This document shows positions 24,101 to 39,100 of a stretch of 64,000 nt of DNA, one piece after another. The notes beneath the pieces were generated by a model. That model made no database searches, was not told the origin of the DNA, and saw only the letters and a list, made by a program, of their open reading frames with translations. The position numbers were made by a program, and so were the translations under genes. Position 1 is the first letter of the stretch. Each line of letters opens with the position of its first letter. The DNA is from an uncultured Gammaproteobacteria bacterium (GTDB lineage: Bacteria; Pseudomonadota; Gammaproteobacteria; Eutrophobiales; Eutrophobiaceae), in contig CALSRS010000001.1 in NCBI GenBank assembly GCA_943788815.1, forward strand, positions 900,069 to 964,068, given 5' to 3'.

Positions 24101-27100
24101 CCAGAGCGGGCGCGGACCGCTGGTATCGAGTTCAACATCAACATCGAGATCAACATTGGGCAGGGCTTCTAGTGCAGCTTCGATCTGGGACGCTGTTGAG
24201 TTTTGATCGAGGACAGCGGTGGTTGTTTCCCCGGCATAGGTGAGAGTGAAATTACCATCAACCGCGCTCTCAATCTGCTGACGGGATCGGTCGGCATCAA
24301 GGTGCAGAGTATCATCACCATCCCCTCCCACCATCAATACCTGGTCACTATCAGCACTACCAGTTCCGGTGTCGACGATGAATACCTTCGACTGGATCGG
24401 CGGTGGGCCGACCAGGTCGCCCTGCAGAGTGACCACATAGGTATCGCTGAGTTCGGTACCATCAAGGAACGCGGTCTGGGTAAAACCCGTAACAGCAAAA
24501 TTATTATTACTGGCACCACCGAAAAGCTCAAATATCTCAAAATTGTCAAAGCCTTCCGGGATTCCCTCAATTTCATTGATGGGATCAAACTGAGTGAAAT
24601 CCAGAAGGTTCTGTTCCAGTCCGCTGATAGTCAGAGAGCTATCAGTCAGAGAGAAATTAAGATCTCGCACTTCAAGTAGTGTGTCTGTGCCCGAGATATC
24701 TATGAAGGTATCTTTGCCGGCTCCACCGGTGACTGAGTCATCACCACTACCGGAATCGATGATATCCTCACGCGCTGTACCGACGATGCGATCATTATCC
24801 GCGCCACCAATAAAAACCAGGTTGTCGGCCGCGCGGGCTGAAATGATGTCCTGGAGGGTGACCGCGAGGTCGGGGTCATCAGGGTCTTTGGGCAGGAAGC
24901 CGGCAACAATACGATCATCACCAGCGCGACCATCAATCGTTATGATGTCGTGTTCGACAGAATTGACAAGGTCATCAAGATCGATACCGCGCACCGTGAT
25001 GATGACCCTGTCGCTGTCATCAAGTGTACCGTCACTATTCAGACGGCGATGCGTGACCTGCACGGTATCGATCTGGGTCTCTGTGATGGGATTGCCATCT
25101 TCATCTATCTCGCCAGTATCGAAGACCTCATGACCCACCAGAAAATAGTCACGCTCATCAGCTGCACCGCCACCGATATTCACGGTGTCGATGGAATGGT
25201 CAGTGACATAGACCGGGTCGGCAAAAAAGTCTGTTTTGCCGGTCAGTTCAACGGTACCGTCACCATCGAGATCGGCCCAGGTCGGTTTCTCAACGAGACG
25301 TGGACCAAGACGCTCAATGGTTTGTGCCGAGGAGATATACACACTGCTCGAAGCGAGATTAGCTGTAGCGGAAAAGCTGGCGAGTATGAGATTACTGTCC
25401 AGGATCGTGGTTAATGGCTGAAATTCATTCTCACTATCAAGTTTTTCAATAACCTGGCGTGTTTCCAGGGTGTTACTGGACAGGGCCATAAATTGCCCGT
25501 AGTCGTAGGTTGCGACAACCGGATTGTCCGGGTCGAAGCCCTCGATGGAAATCTGCCAGTTCTTATTGTCCGGATCAGAATCATCTATTATCACCGTTGC
25601 ACCAGTACCCAGTGAATCGAGCTTCGCCTGGATATCTGCGCGCGTGGATACGGTTACACCTGCAAGACTAAGGCTGTTTTCTGGCAAAACGATGGTGGCA
25701 CTCTTACCCTCATAGAAAAAGCGGGCAACCTCAACGGCGGTCGGTAAGTCGATCTGCGCTACATGGAAATCAGCAGATATACTGTTAACACTATCGTTGG
25801 CACTGACAAAATTAAGCACCTGCACGAATTCAACAATATATTCATCATTAACGGCCTCGTAAGCCACGGTGACATGTTCTAGGCCCGGCAACGTTCTCAA
25901 TCTCGACTGTAAATTAGATGCCTGGATTATAGTACTGGCATCAATATCTATTGCTGACAGAGACAGGCTGGCACCGTCATAGCCAATTTCGAGACCGTCG
26001 ATGATATCCGCTGCGGCAAGCGCCTGGATGTTTGCGTTGTTATTAATAACGCGGGCAGGAACGGTTGAGCCAGGGGCCCCATTCAAAAGTGGCAGGGCAT
26101 TGGCGAAATTAACATTAAATCCTCCCGCAGCAAAACTGACACTGACATTTTCCAGCCCGGATAGCAGCCGTAGTCGGTCCTGCAGTAATTGTGACTGGTT
26201 GGTAATGTCGTTTTCATCAATATCGGCGGCACCGAGGGTGATAATACTGCCGTCGTAAGCAAATGCACTGTCGGCGACCAGTGCACTCGCAGGGACGACC
26301 TGGTCATTGAGGGACGTACCGCTCAGCAACGCCATAAAATCAGCCGCGCTGACTACCGTTAACGCCTGTTCATCGGCGCTGTCATATATAAATAGAAAGT
26401 CGGTACCATCGGCAATGACCTGCAAGGAATTGAGACCCGTGAGCGTAGCGAGCCGAATTTGTAACAGTGCCGCCTGAGCATCGCTGTCGGCAGCATTGAT
26501 ATCAGCCGCTGTCAGGATAAGACCCGCACCATCAAAGAAAAATTGCGTGCCTGCAAGTATATCCGTGCCCGCAACAGCAGTACTCGGTACAACATCAAAG
26601 TCCGGTGTCGGATCACCAAAACTGCCAAAATCATAGCTAACGGTTACTGGGTTGGTCTCATTATAATTGTTAAGGCGAATTACCCATGGCTCAGCCGGAG
26701 TGCCTGCACCCTGTACAGCTATGGTAGCCCCGGTACCAAGACTGTCGATCTGGTTCAGCAGTTGCGTTCGTATGTCCCCTTCACTTGGCGGCGGTGTGAC
26801 GTCAATAGTGACACTCTGTGTGGCTGTACTAAAGGTTGCAGTTTCGATGTTGGCCGGTAGTTCGAGCGAACCGACAACAATATCAGCAGGAATGGCAACC
26901 TCGGCAAAGGGGCCACCGGTATTGTAGAGAACATCAATGGGACCGGGGAAGGCTACAACATAAGTTGATGCCGTTGCATCATGAAATACCGTCACATCAG
27001 CGAGCAAGGGTTCATCAGCAAGTCTGATCTTCAGTAGTTGTGCCTGGTTTGCAGTGTCAATGTTATCGATATCGGCAACACCGAGAGTGATATTAGTACC

Positions 27101-30100
27101 GTTATAGGTAATCACCGTGCCATCGACTATTGCGCTTTCGTCAATTGACTGCAGGTCAAGACCTATGGTGGGATTCGCTGCGGCATTGACTGCGCCCGCA
27201 CCGGTGTTGTAACTCAACTGCTGAACAGCCGCAAAATTGACCTCATAGAAACCGGCATTATAACTCACATTAATATTGACAAGACCGGGGATACTGACAA
27301 AATCTACCCGATAATTTGAACCCAGGTCATCATAGCTAACGACAACATCACGCAGACCTGAAACGACACGTAGACGGTTCTGTATGGTCTCGGCGATGAT
27401 CTCCGGATCAGTATTCAGACTGCCGCTGCTGATAAGTGGTGCAGAAGAATTGCCAGCATAACTGAAGGTCATCGCCGCCGTGACGTTGACTTTAGGAATG
27501 ATCTGTTGCCGTGAATCTGCGCCGGTGTTGGCCGACACATTACCGGCACCATTATTATAGAATAATGAACCCGGTACCGCCGTGGCACGAAATTTATCCT
27601 CCAACAGGCCTGCCTGTATGCCGGTATCGGCATCAAGATCCGATGCCACAAGGGTAATCATGTTGTCACCATCGGAAAACTGGGTGCCGTCTACTATGGC
27701 TGCTTCAGGGATAAGCTGAGTCTGGGAGGTCTGCGCTATGGAGACAGTCAGGGCACGGACCATGTCCTGTACCTTGACAACACGCTCGAACACAAAGGGA
27801 TTACCGAACTGGTCAGTCTCCAGATCGCGAAGAACTATATTCCAGGGCGTTTCGACCGTTTCAAGGCCCGGGTCGGCGGCTACCGCATTGCGTCCATCGT
27901 TGAAACGCAACACACTGGTGACTGTATTCACGAAATCTATTTCAAAATAATTGTCTTCAATGCGGTGACGTACCGTGACAACATCGGGATTGGCCGGATC
28001 GACAAGTGGGTCGAGCACGGTTTGCAATAAACCTGCCTGAGTTTGCGGATTATTACTGATATCTGCAGCGGAAAGTGTAACGAGACTGCCTGCAAATCGG
28101 AACTGCGTACCGACTGCTATGGACCCGGCCTCGATAGCCTGCCTCTGTAATGTATTTGTAACAGTGGCACCGATATCGGCGTTGCCATCATCATAGAATA
28201 ATTGTTGTACGGTCGAGGTGCCAAGATCGATACTATAGGGATCTGTCGCACTGGAAAAACCTACAGTAAGATTACTGAGAGTAGGATCGAGCGTGCGCAG
28301 AAGAGTCTGCAACAGCCCTGCCTGAGTGTTACCGTCTGCATCAATATCCCCGGCGCCGAGAGTGACAATACTACCGTTATAACGAAATTGTGTACCCTCG
28401 ATTACGGCTGCTGTTGGCACCGTCTGTTGTGTAAGTGTGTCCTGGATAATACTGCTACCGGTGCCACTCACCCAGACATCATTGATATTACCCATACTTT
28501 CCAATGCCGCTGTAATCTCTGCGCCACTCATACCCCGGGTAATTTCAACCGACTGGCTACCATAACGAATCGCGGCATGGTCCTGCCACCCGGCGAGGAA
28601 TATTGATTGCGTTGCGAGCTCAGCACTACGCATGCTGCGCGAGAAAGACAAGTTATTGACAGCATCGCGGGGGGTGGTCTGGATAACAGTGGCACCCTGT
28701 TCAAAGCGTTCAACTCTCACGTCGAAGAAATCGCCATTAGATGTTACATCGGCTATGACAATACGTATATCCCAGACGCCGGCAGTAACGGTATTAAGCA
28801 CATCAACCCGCGTAACACCCTTAATGGATTCCAGTGCTGCCTTGAGATCAGCCTGGGTGAAGGCACCGTTGATGTCGACGCCGCTATTACCATACCAGGC
28901 TGTAACCGGTTTGCTGTTGTCTGCTGCCGTGGCGTCGAAGCGTTGAACACGCTTACCGGGCTCGGCAATGCTCGCACTGCTATGCTGTGGCGAATTGACA
29001 TTTTCAATGACTCTGAATGTGAAGCGCTTGAAGTCATTGCTACTACCGTCGGTTGGTGTCAGCGTTACAGTCCAGTCGCCATGATCGCCCGTTACTGCCA
29101 GAGTACTATTGGACAACTCCCGCACCATCACCATAGAACCGGTGGCTAATGGAAGGGAATCATAAAGTTTCACGAGCTCGGCCTCAATAGCTGCCGCGTT
29201 CATGGTGGAATCAATTACATACTCGCGCGATCCATAACCGATAATAGCCTGCTTGGCCAAACCCTCACTATCCAGGCCATTGATATCGAGCATGTCGTCA
29301 AGCACAATACGCTGCACAGAATTACCAACGGTAGACGCCGCTTGCAGTTCTCCGCCAATGGTTAAGCTGAGGATCTCATATTCTATACCGGTAACATCGG
29401 CATCATCAGGTGCAAAGATGACCTCAAACACGCCATTTGCGCCGGTGACAGAGACACTATGATCCGTCAGTACAGTCAGAATATTAAATGCATTTTCAAG
29501 CTCCGTTGCCGACATCTCATCGTCAACAGGAATAGTGGCATCGCCATAACTAACAATGCCGTTTGTGGCACCATTGAGATCGATATGCTGGATAAGATTG
29601 GCATGTGAAATGCGTGATTCATACTGGCGTGTCACCGCAAATTCAAGCAGATGATAAGCATCGCTACCATTTCTATTGGCATCATTAAACGCGAACGTCC
29701 AGGCATCGGCCGGATTAGTGCCGGCAACTATGGAAATATCATTGACACCATCAAGCTGGGTCTCCAGGGCTGTTTCAAGATCGGCTGCCAGTATCTCAAA
29801 GGTACCCGTGTCACGAGCCAGGGTGATAGTTGCCGTATTTCGGCCAAAATAAAATTCGGTACCTTCACGAACTATGGACGCTGAAAGAACCCGTGTCGCG
29901 TCATCCGTACCGCCGCTGCCGCGCTTGAGTGCCATGATACCCTTGCCTGCATCAAAGAGGATGTCCTCGGCTTCCGCCGATGGGAAGGTAACGATGAAGT
30001 CGCTGCCATCATGAGCTACCGTGACGCTTCCCAGATTAGCAATGGTACGCAGAAATATCTGTAATTTACCGGCCTGGATGTCTTCATCGTTATCGATATC

Positions 30101-33100
30101 GCTGCCCAGCAATACCACTGCCAGGTCTAGATAGCGGAACTCTACTTCAGCTGCGTTACTCGGCAACCCGATAAGCTGATGATCATTGACATCAGCGGCC
30201 GGTATGGTGGTGCCGATGGTGGTGCGTATGACAGTAGTGCTCGGGTCAAGGTTACCACCTCCTGCGGTCAGTTCCAGTTGCAGGTTATTGATACCACCGG
30301 CAAGTTGCGCGGTATTGGTAAACTCGAATGACCAGGGTTCGTCTTCAGTGGCGCTACCTGTAACAATAACTTCAGTTATATCCGCAATCCTGCTTTCAAG
30401 ACGTCCGCGGATGTCATTGGCAGCATCATCCTGTTCGATAACAATGCCCTCATCACCATACCAGAGGATCGCATCCTGACCGCTCCCAAGCTCCCAGGTG
30501 TTAATATGCAGGAGCTGGATACGATTCGCTTCAATCAGGTTTGCCGCCGTAGCTTTCTCAATCAACACAGGCTGATCGGCTGTCGCCGGGTCACCATCAT
30601 CCAGGTACAGATACTCGGCATCCGGATCATTGATGCGATAGAAACGCTGATCCACCCGCGTGTCGTCTCGCGGTGCAAGTGTTCCAATGTAGGACTGCAC
30701 ATCATAGTGATGCGCAAAACGTTTGAACTTGCCACTGGTATCGGTATTGGCTGAGATAAGGTTGATTTTCCAGGGATCTGCCAGCGTTCCGGCACCTGTT
30801 ACTATGACATCGCCAACCTGGCTCAGGCTCTCCAGCTTACTTTCAACTTCAGCGGCACTCATACCGGCGGCAATTTCAACACTGTTACCGGGAACAAGGA
30901 CATTATCAACGATGGTGTCGGGGATGCGGCCCGACTCGGTCACATTTTCATCGTAGCCATAGAACAGATTGACACGATCAAGACCGTCGGTTAGAAAAAC
31001 TTCCTGCAGGTGTTGATCGATGTTTGCAACAGAGGGATCAAAATTAGCCGCCTGGTTGACTGCAAACAATTGCGGTGCACCGTCATCTTCATATAGATAG
31101 ACGCCGTTGGCGGCAAGATCAAATCGATAAAAATAATGGCTCTCGCGCAAATCAGGATCACTGGCCACGGTTCCGTCTGGATTATCGGCCGAGACACCAT
31201 AGTTACCAGGGAAAACAGTATGTGTTCCATCAGTATCCCGTAGCGCACTCCACATTTTCGCCAGGTCTGAACCTAACTGCAATTCAACTACCTGAATATT
31301 GGTATCGAGAAGATCGGTGACATTTATACTATCGGTACCGGTGCGAGCATTAATGCGTACATTTTCGATGAGATCCAGCAGTAGCGGATTTCCGTCTACG
31401 GTCAGCCGCGCTGTGGTGTCAGTCGTTCCAGGTGCGGCATGTTCCAGTAGAATGACATTGGCACCATCAGCAGATTCCGCGATTTTGAGATCAAGCACAT
31501 CCAGATCACCTTCACCACCTGACATATCGAGCATGGCACCGGGGGCGATGGGTTCATAAAGCCAGGAAATGGTGTCATTGCCGCTACCGGCATCGACAAC
31601 AGTTGCACCGGAACCCGCATCGATAATATCGTTACCCTGTTCACCGTAGATAGTATTAAAACCGTCTCCAGCCATGATTTCATCGAAGCCGTGACCACCA
31701 CGGATAATATCATCACCAGCACCTCCATCAATGATATCACCACTGAAATTACGCACGGTGAAGTTATCATCAGTGAGTACAACCAGTGTACCAAGACCAG
31801 TCGTAGGGTCCGGCGTATTGTCGATGGGACGCCCCATCGCATCATAATGATCAAAAGGTGTACCATCTGCCTGATAGAAATTAGAGGCACGCACCTGATC
31901 ACCAGCGGCATATCCAGAGCCTTTCTTGGTTGAATAAAGGGCGATATCGGCAGTACTATCCGGTGCGTCGAATTTATCATACTCATCGCCACCATCGAGA
32001 TAATCATTACCGCCGTTGGTAATCAGAACATCGAAACCATCAAAAACGGTATTACTACCATCACCATTATCGTCTATGCCACCAATTGCACGCTCACTAC
32101 CGTCCGCACCCATAATTGTGTCGTCACCCAGACCCCCCTGAAGCAGCACGCCATCGTAAAGGGTATTGACACCCGTGACCTTGACACGATCATCCTTGAG
32201 ACCACCCTGCAACTTGTAAGGCAGCGGATTACCAACGGTTGCGGCCAGCCCCAGTAAAGAGGCATCAATATTAATATAGTCCTCTCCATCCTCGCCGAGG
32301 ATGGTGATTGATTGCATCCAGTCAACACCGTCGTTATCAACATCACCTGCCGAGATGACGACATCAGCACCATCACCCAAAGTCAAATTCAGATGATCGA
32401 TGCGTCCGTCAATTTTCTTAAAATCATAGACATCATTACCATCCGTGCCTTCGGTAAAAATGGTATCAATCTCGGACAGCTCAAAGACCTCGACTCTGAT
32501 GTTATTACTGACTATTAATACTTCGGTTTCGGATCCGGCCCGGAGAGCAGCTAACTGGTTAGCAAGGGCTTGTTCTTCAGATACCGAGGTATAGGCGGGA
32601 TCTAGATAGCCGTTCTCAATCAGGAATGCCTGGGTGAGATCATCATCAACGGCTAACACTTCAATCTTGTATTGATGTGCGGCAACATGGCCATGGTCGT
32701 TCAGATATACATTATTACTTGCATCTCGATAACTCAGTGTAAGTGTATCTGTTGTTGTATCGAGCTGGGCTATGTCAGTTGGCGCATCAAGAGTACATTC
32801 CCAATCAAAGCTCGCGATGACCTCATCGACAAAACGCTCCATAGCCTCGAACAGTGTGATGGTACTGAATCCCAGATCAATCCCGATCCAGAAAAAGGCC
32901 TCAAGGAAAACGGTTAACTCGCCTTGTACATCGAACAGGCATTCCGGACCTTGGGTGATACGTTCAAGTATTTCACCACCAAAGAACTTACCGTCACCGA
33001 CTGGTAGATCGTTGAGAATTTCTGTTTCCTTGTCGTTGAGATCAAATTCGATAGTAGCCTCGATACCACCTTTCACCCCCGCCTCAACGATGCCCCCGAT

Positions 33101-36100
33101 CCCCAAGCTGGCAATAGCGCCAAGCTGGGCGATAAGCGTAACTTCTGGCTCGTCTGAATCCGTATTTTCCTGACCATGATCGTCCAGATAGAAGCCGTTG
33201 ATAATGCGCCAGGACTCTGCAGGATCAAAATCAAGAGCCATCCACTCACTCAGACCAGTGGTATCAAAACCGAAATCAAAATTGGTATAGGCACCAATCT
33301 TGCCAAAGATACCTACGTTTAGTCCGGGAAATACCGGATAGGTAACCTCATGCTCAAATTCCAGTGCGAGATCCGGAAGGTCGTACCAGAATAGATCGGC
33401 CTCACCACGGCCAAGCACGAAATCAAGCAGTGTAAGTGGGTCCTCCAGAACCGGGATACTAAAATTCTTTGTTGGGGGACGTTTCTTGGTCTTCGTCGCG
33501 CTACTCTTGGTGGAATCGTTGTTATCGAGACCCTGCTGATCGGGGCCCTGCAGCTTTTTCTTCTGATCATCAGTGAGATTGGAATCATCCATAACCGCAC
33601 CGGCAGCATCCTCTTCCTGAATATCTGCATCCGGATCTTCAAGCGTACTTTCAGTGAGATTAAAGGTGCCAAAATTAATCTCACCAGCATCAGCCAGGTC
33701 CACCACGGTTTCCAGAAACTCGATGGTACTCTGAATAACCAATAAGACCTTGGTCATGGTATCGACCGTCTGGCCTGGCAACCGTATGCGGGCGATATCT
33801 ATAAATCGGATCGGCGGATCGGCGATACCGCCAAGGGGAAATTCCATCAATAGAATGTCAATTACCGGTTTGATCGGTTCAACAATTTCATAGATGCCTT
33901 CGAGTGTCTCCAGTAGGAAACTATCAAATAAGCTGCCAACATCCAGGGTTACATCTTCGAGAATTAACGAAGGTGAACCAACATCGATCTCAAAACCACC
34001 ATCGGTGGAAAGCATGATCTCGCCCAGTAACTGGCTGTAACGGATGGTAGCAGAGACAGACGGCAGGAATTCTGCAGCAACGGTTTCGATTTCACCAAAC
34101 AGGTTGGCTTCTGCAAACGCCGAGGCAATAAGGGCGAAATCAACGCCTTCTCCGATTTCCCAGCGACCATCTGCATTGGCATCACGGATATCAAGACCAA
34201 GATGACCGCTGAGACCAGTATTGCCAAGTGAATTGCCATTTTCATCCTCGGTATCAAAATTCATCTTCAGAAAACCCAGCGTCCCCGTCGCGGTCGAGCC
34301 AGGGACAAGACTGGCATCAACATCAAGCGCGATCTCTTCACCTGCGATATTAACGCCGCTGGTATCAACGAAGACACCGATGTCTGGTATGCCGCTCTGG
34401 CTTAGGTTACCAATACCCAGTCCGATACCCATCAGATAATCAATCCGGGTGTCTATGGCGACGTCAACATCCAGATTCAGTCCTGGGATGCCGGCTGAGA
34501 AATCAATAGGTAATTCACCATCAACCAGGACACCACCAAACTTGAGATTAAAGGTTAATAGGCCGTTTGGTGTGAAGGTGAGTTCAATATCTTCAAAGCT
34601 GGTGGGTAGGCGTACCTGTAACTTGCCATTATCATCATAGAGATAGGCTCCATCTGCATCGACAATAGGAACCACGAAGGCAAACAGGGCATCCTCGACA
34701 GTGTCCGTATCTGGATCCAGGCCAAGCGAACGGTTGAGATCATCAAAACCACTGAATAAGGCCTTACGTAACTCGTCTAGTACAGAGTCAAAAACACTGG
34801 TTACGCCGGTGTCTATCTTATCCTGCAACCACTCCCCGAGTTTTTCACCGTCGTAATCAGTACCGATTAATTCGCCAAGCACACTGGTACGCAAACCACG
34901 CAGACTATTGGCGAGATCGTCAAAGGCCTCACCGCCGATCAGGGGCAGTTCAATGGAATCAACACCATCTGCAACAAGATCAATACCATCGAAAAATCCT
35001 TCAATACCATTAAGCATGTTGACGGGATTGTCAATATAGGCAATGAAGGCCTGCACTGCATCAAAATCGAGGCTAATGTTTGGTAGAGAAAACTCGAAGT
35101 CTGTTTGAAAGTCGAAATTTTCATCAATAGAGAATTCTGCGCTAGCATATAGTGCGTTATCAGCAAAACCGTTTCCGTCGCGGTCTGTCTCAAAACCACC
35201 AAGCGGTAAGGATTTAATTGGAAAATACATTGGCAGATCCGCCATGGCACTACCAAAGGCCTCAGCCTGAAAGGCACCGTTTAACTCACTAACATCAAGA
35301 ATACCGTCACCATCGCGGTCGGCAGAAGGATCACCCAGATTGGCGTAAAATCCCAGATCTATCTGTGCTGAACCATCTACTATAAAGAGACCGAGCGGCG
35401 GTAAGTTAATCGGACCAACGGCCGGTAGATCGATTGCCAGCGTGGCATCAATATCCGGTGCTGTACCCGAAATACTTGCGGCGATACCCGTATCCTGATC
35501 AACATAGAATATTGGTTCAAAAATATCACTTAGATCAAATCCAAAACCCAGATGCAGGCTGGCATGAGCATCGACCTCAATCGGTGCTGTCAGGCTGATA
35601 TCAAGCACATCCCCTGGATTGAAGCCCAGCCATTGCTGCAGGTTTAGTTCATCGATATCAAGGTTGAGATCAAATGTACGATCCGCCAAGGGACGATCTT
35701 CAAGATCAAAAGCAAAGTCGAGATCAAAATCAAAAGCTGAATTTTCATACTTCAGCGTGACCGGGTTTAATGCCAGTGTTACGTCACCGGTCACATCCTG
35801 CAGGAATGAATTTATTTCACTGTTTAATAGCGCCTCGGCCTCTTTAATATTACGCGCAGTTTCCCGCACAGTCCGCACAGCATCTCCAATACCGCGAGCA
35901 AAGCTGACAGATCCCCCGCCTAGAAGGTCGGCGGTGCTCTTGCCAAGTAAGGCTATTTCATCATAGAGGGCGCCATTTTTTATATTAAATGTGCCCAAAT
36001 CACCCATTGAGGTGCCAGCATCATCAATCAAGTTAACATTATCTTCACTTAATGCGTTTAGTTCGCGGATAAGAACATCGTTGGCTTCCTCCACCCTGTC

Positions 36101-39100
36101 AAGACCAAAGGCGGTCGCTTCGTACACTTCCAATATCAGATCACCCGATGGACGTACCTCGCGGCCAAAATATGAGGTTCCCAAATACTCCCATTCATAC
36201 ATGCGCAACTTGCTTCCATCTTCGAGAATTACAACCTTCGATATCTGATCTCCATCAACACCGTTAACAGGGTTATAGATACCTGTAACAAACGTGGTTC
36301 CACTCGATGACCAGCGTTCGGTATAAATCTCAAGCTGGCCATTTTCGAGCTGGCCCTCGCTGTTTAATGTCCCTCCGACGATCCGACCCAGTACGTCGCG
36401 ATCCACACCCACCATCTCATCCACCAGAGTCTCCAGAGCTTCGAGGATGAGGTCGAGGGAAATCCCATTGAAGCTGAATAAATCTTCAAGACCTGAAATC
36501 TCGATAATATTCGGCAAATTCAGCAAAAAGCCTGCCAGTCCAGCATCTTCAGGTAAAGCACTTGAAGTCGCCGATATCAGTGCCGAACCATCACTCAACT
36601 CGCCAAAGGCACCGGTTGGAACAATAGGCAATAAGAGCTCTAACTCCGTATTGCCACCAAGAGATGGAAAACCGAGTAGACCACCATTGCTATCACCCGT
36701 GATAGCATCCAGTGTCAACCTCCCTGGAATACCAAGTTCAATTTCGGTATCAAAATAAGCCAGACCATCTTCAACTGCGATACCGATAGGGCCTAGACTT
36801 GCTTCAAGTGAGAAGGCCTTACGGATTTGACCGCTGACGGTATCAGAATCAATGAACTCTTCGACTAGAATTTCAGTATCCCCATCAACCAGGGTGACAT
36901 CCAATACAGTGTAAACACCTGGATTATCAAGCGAACCTGTGACATAAAAAGTATCACCAACCTGAAGGTTTACTGCAAAGCGATCGGTGCCGGTATGATT
37001 ACCGGTAACAGTAAAACTATTATTTTCGCTATCCACAGCAATAATTTCGAGGGGCGCATCACCAAAACTCAACCCTGCAGCGAAAGTGGGGTCACTTACA
37101 AAGAAAGTGCCATTATCAGACAGACCAAAACTAAAATTCAGACCCAGATCTGCACTAAATATAAACGGGTTTGATTGTTCAATCTCCAGACCAATGTCGA
37201 TCGCAGGAAAGTTAAAATCGCCCGGGAAGTCGAGCGTCAGGCCATCAAGAGAAAGGTCAATCTCCTGCCTGAAAGAGGCAAGATCGATTTCAGCGCGAAA
37301 CTCGGTAAGATTTGAGGAATCCGTCGCAGCAAGGGATATGGAACGTCCTGCCGACAATAATCTGGAATTGACCACTTGGCGGAGCTCGTCGGTATCAGGT
37401 TCAAGCACATCAATATCATTGAAGTAATTCATCACCTCATCTGCGAGGGCACCCAGATCGTCTAATATCAACTGTGTTATGGAATCCAATGCCCCATCCA
37501 GTCCAAGCAGCGACGAGATACTTTTATCGGTAAAAGGCAGATCACCGGCACTATTAATATAATCAGCGATATCGTCTCCGATATTCTCCGCCCAGTCGGA
37601 AAACTGGTCCAGGCCATGACCCAGGGCGTTTTTATCAACACCGAGTATATCAGCGGCATCCGTGGTCGTTGGCAACGCCCTGACGTCGGCGGAAACCTCG
37701 GCATTCATGATTGAGCCAACAGTGCTGATGTCGACGAGACCGAGTACATGGCCAATCTCATGGGCTGCAACGGTAAGCAGGTCAATGGTGCCATCGCCGG
37801 GGGCCGGCCCGGTGGCGGCATTGGTATGCCAACCATAGCCAGCGGCATCATCGTCTATAAAAATAACAAATTCACCACTACCATTAAGTCCGGCATGCCC
37901 GAGGATCAGGTCATCAAGAAAGTCAGGGTGAGTTTCAAAGTCAATTACTTCATAACTGATGGTATCAAGCTGGTTCAGAACCGGAGAATCTGCTGATAAC
38001 GGGCCGATGGCCCAGCTGGCAATCGCCGCATCCTTAACTTCCTGGGCGATGTCGTCACCAAGGGTCAGGGTGCTGCCCTGTAATGAAGGTCCCGGCCCAT
38101 CGGCAGCCACCTGAGGCAGGAAGAATTTTTTCTTTAATTTTTTTGCAAGCTTTTCACCGAATGAGTCCGTGCTTACCACTTCAAAATTGCCATATGCCAC
38201 TACCGAATCTGTGACTACGCCACCAACCTCAAAATAATAAATAGTTGGTGAATTGTCTCCGATGATACTGATCAGATCGCCGACCGGGTTCTCGCTAAAT
38301 AGATTGGCAATCCCGTCGACTGCCTGTCGTATTAGGGTATCCTTCGGTAATGCTGAGAAATCAAGGATATCGAGACCACCACCACTGATGACAATGTCGT
38401 GGCCCCAGCCGGATTCAAACGAGAAAACATTGCTACCATGATTACCGATAAGTAAATCATTACCTTCGCCACCACGGGCGTTTTCAATGCTGGTAAAAAT
38501 ACTGGCATCGTTCGGTGCGGGACTGAACTTAATCAATCCCGGGGCATCGGCAATCATTTTTGTACCTGCTATGATGCCGGTTGTGGTTGTGGTGAGGGCT
38601 GGTGTGACACCGTCCGTCACCAGATACCATGTTTTGCCAGCAGCGCCAATGAGGACATTGACATTGCCACTGCCAACCGCACCCAGGTCTTCAAGTTCAC
38701 TCATAAGGGTTGATGCGTTGGCATCGAATGAAATCTGTGAGGTTTTATCGGCCCCATCACTTATTGAGAAGATACCAGCATCGGCATCGATGCTGAGGAC
38801 TTCATAGACTTGTGCCAGACTGCCACCGGCATTGACGGCAATGCTGACTCCTGGCGGCACGGTGCCAATTTTACCGATAACAAGCATAATGTCCTCGGCG
38901 CTACCGATATAAGCATCCCCATCAATGCCGTTAACTGCGGCGGCAAGCCCGGAGGCTACATCCTGGGGAGTGTCTCCACTGGTAACTGTGTACATGTAAG
39001 CATTAGTGTCCACGGTCACGACCCATTCGTCACCAACGACAACAGACACCGCTGTAAGGTCGATGGTTACCGTAACGACATTGGTCCCCAGAGTCATATC

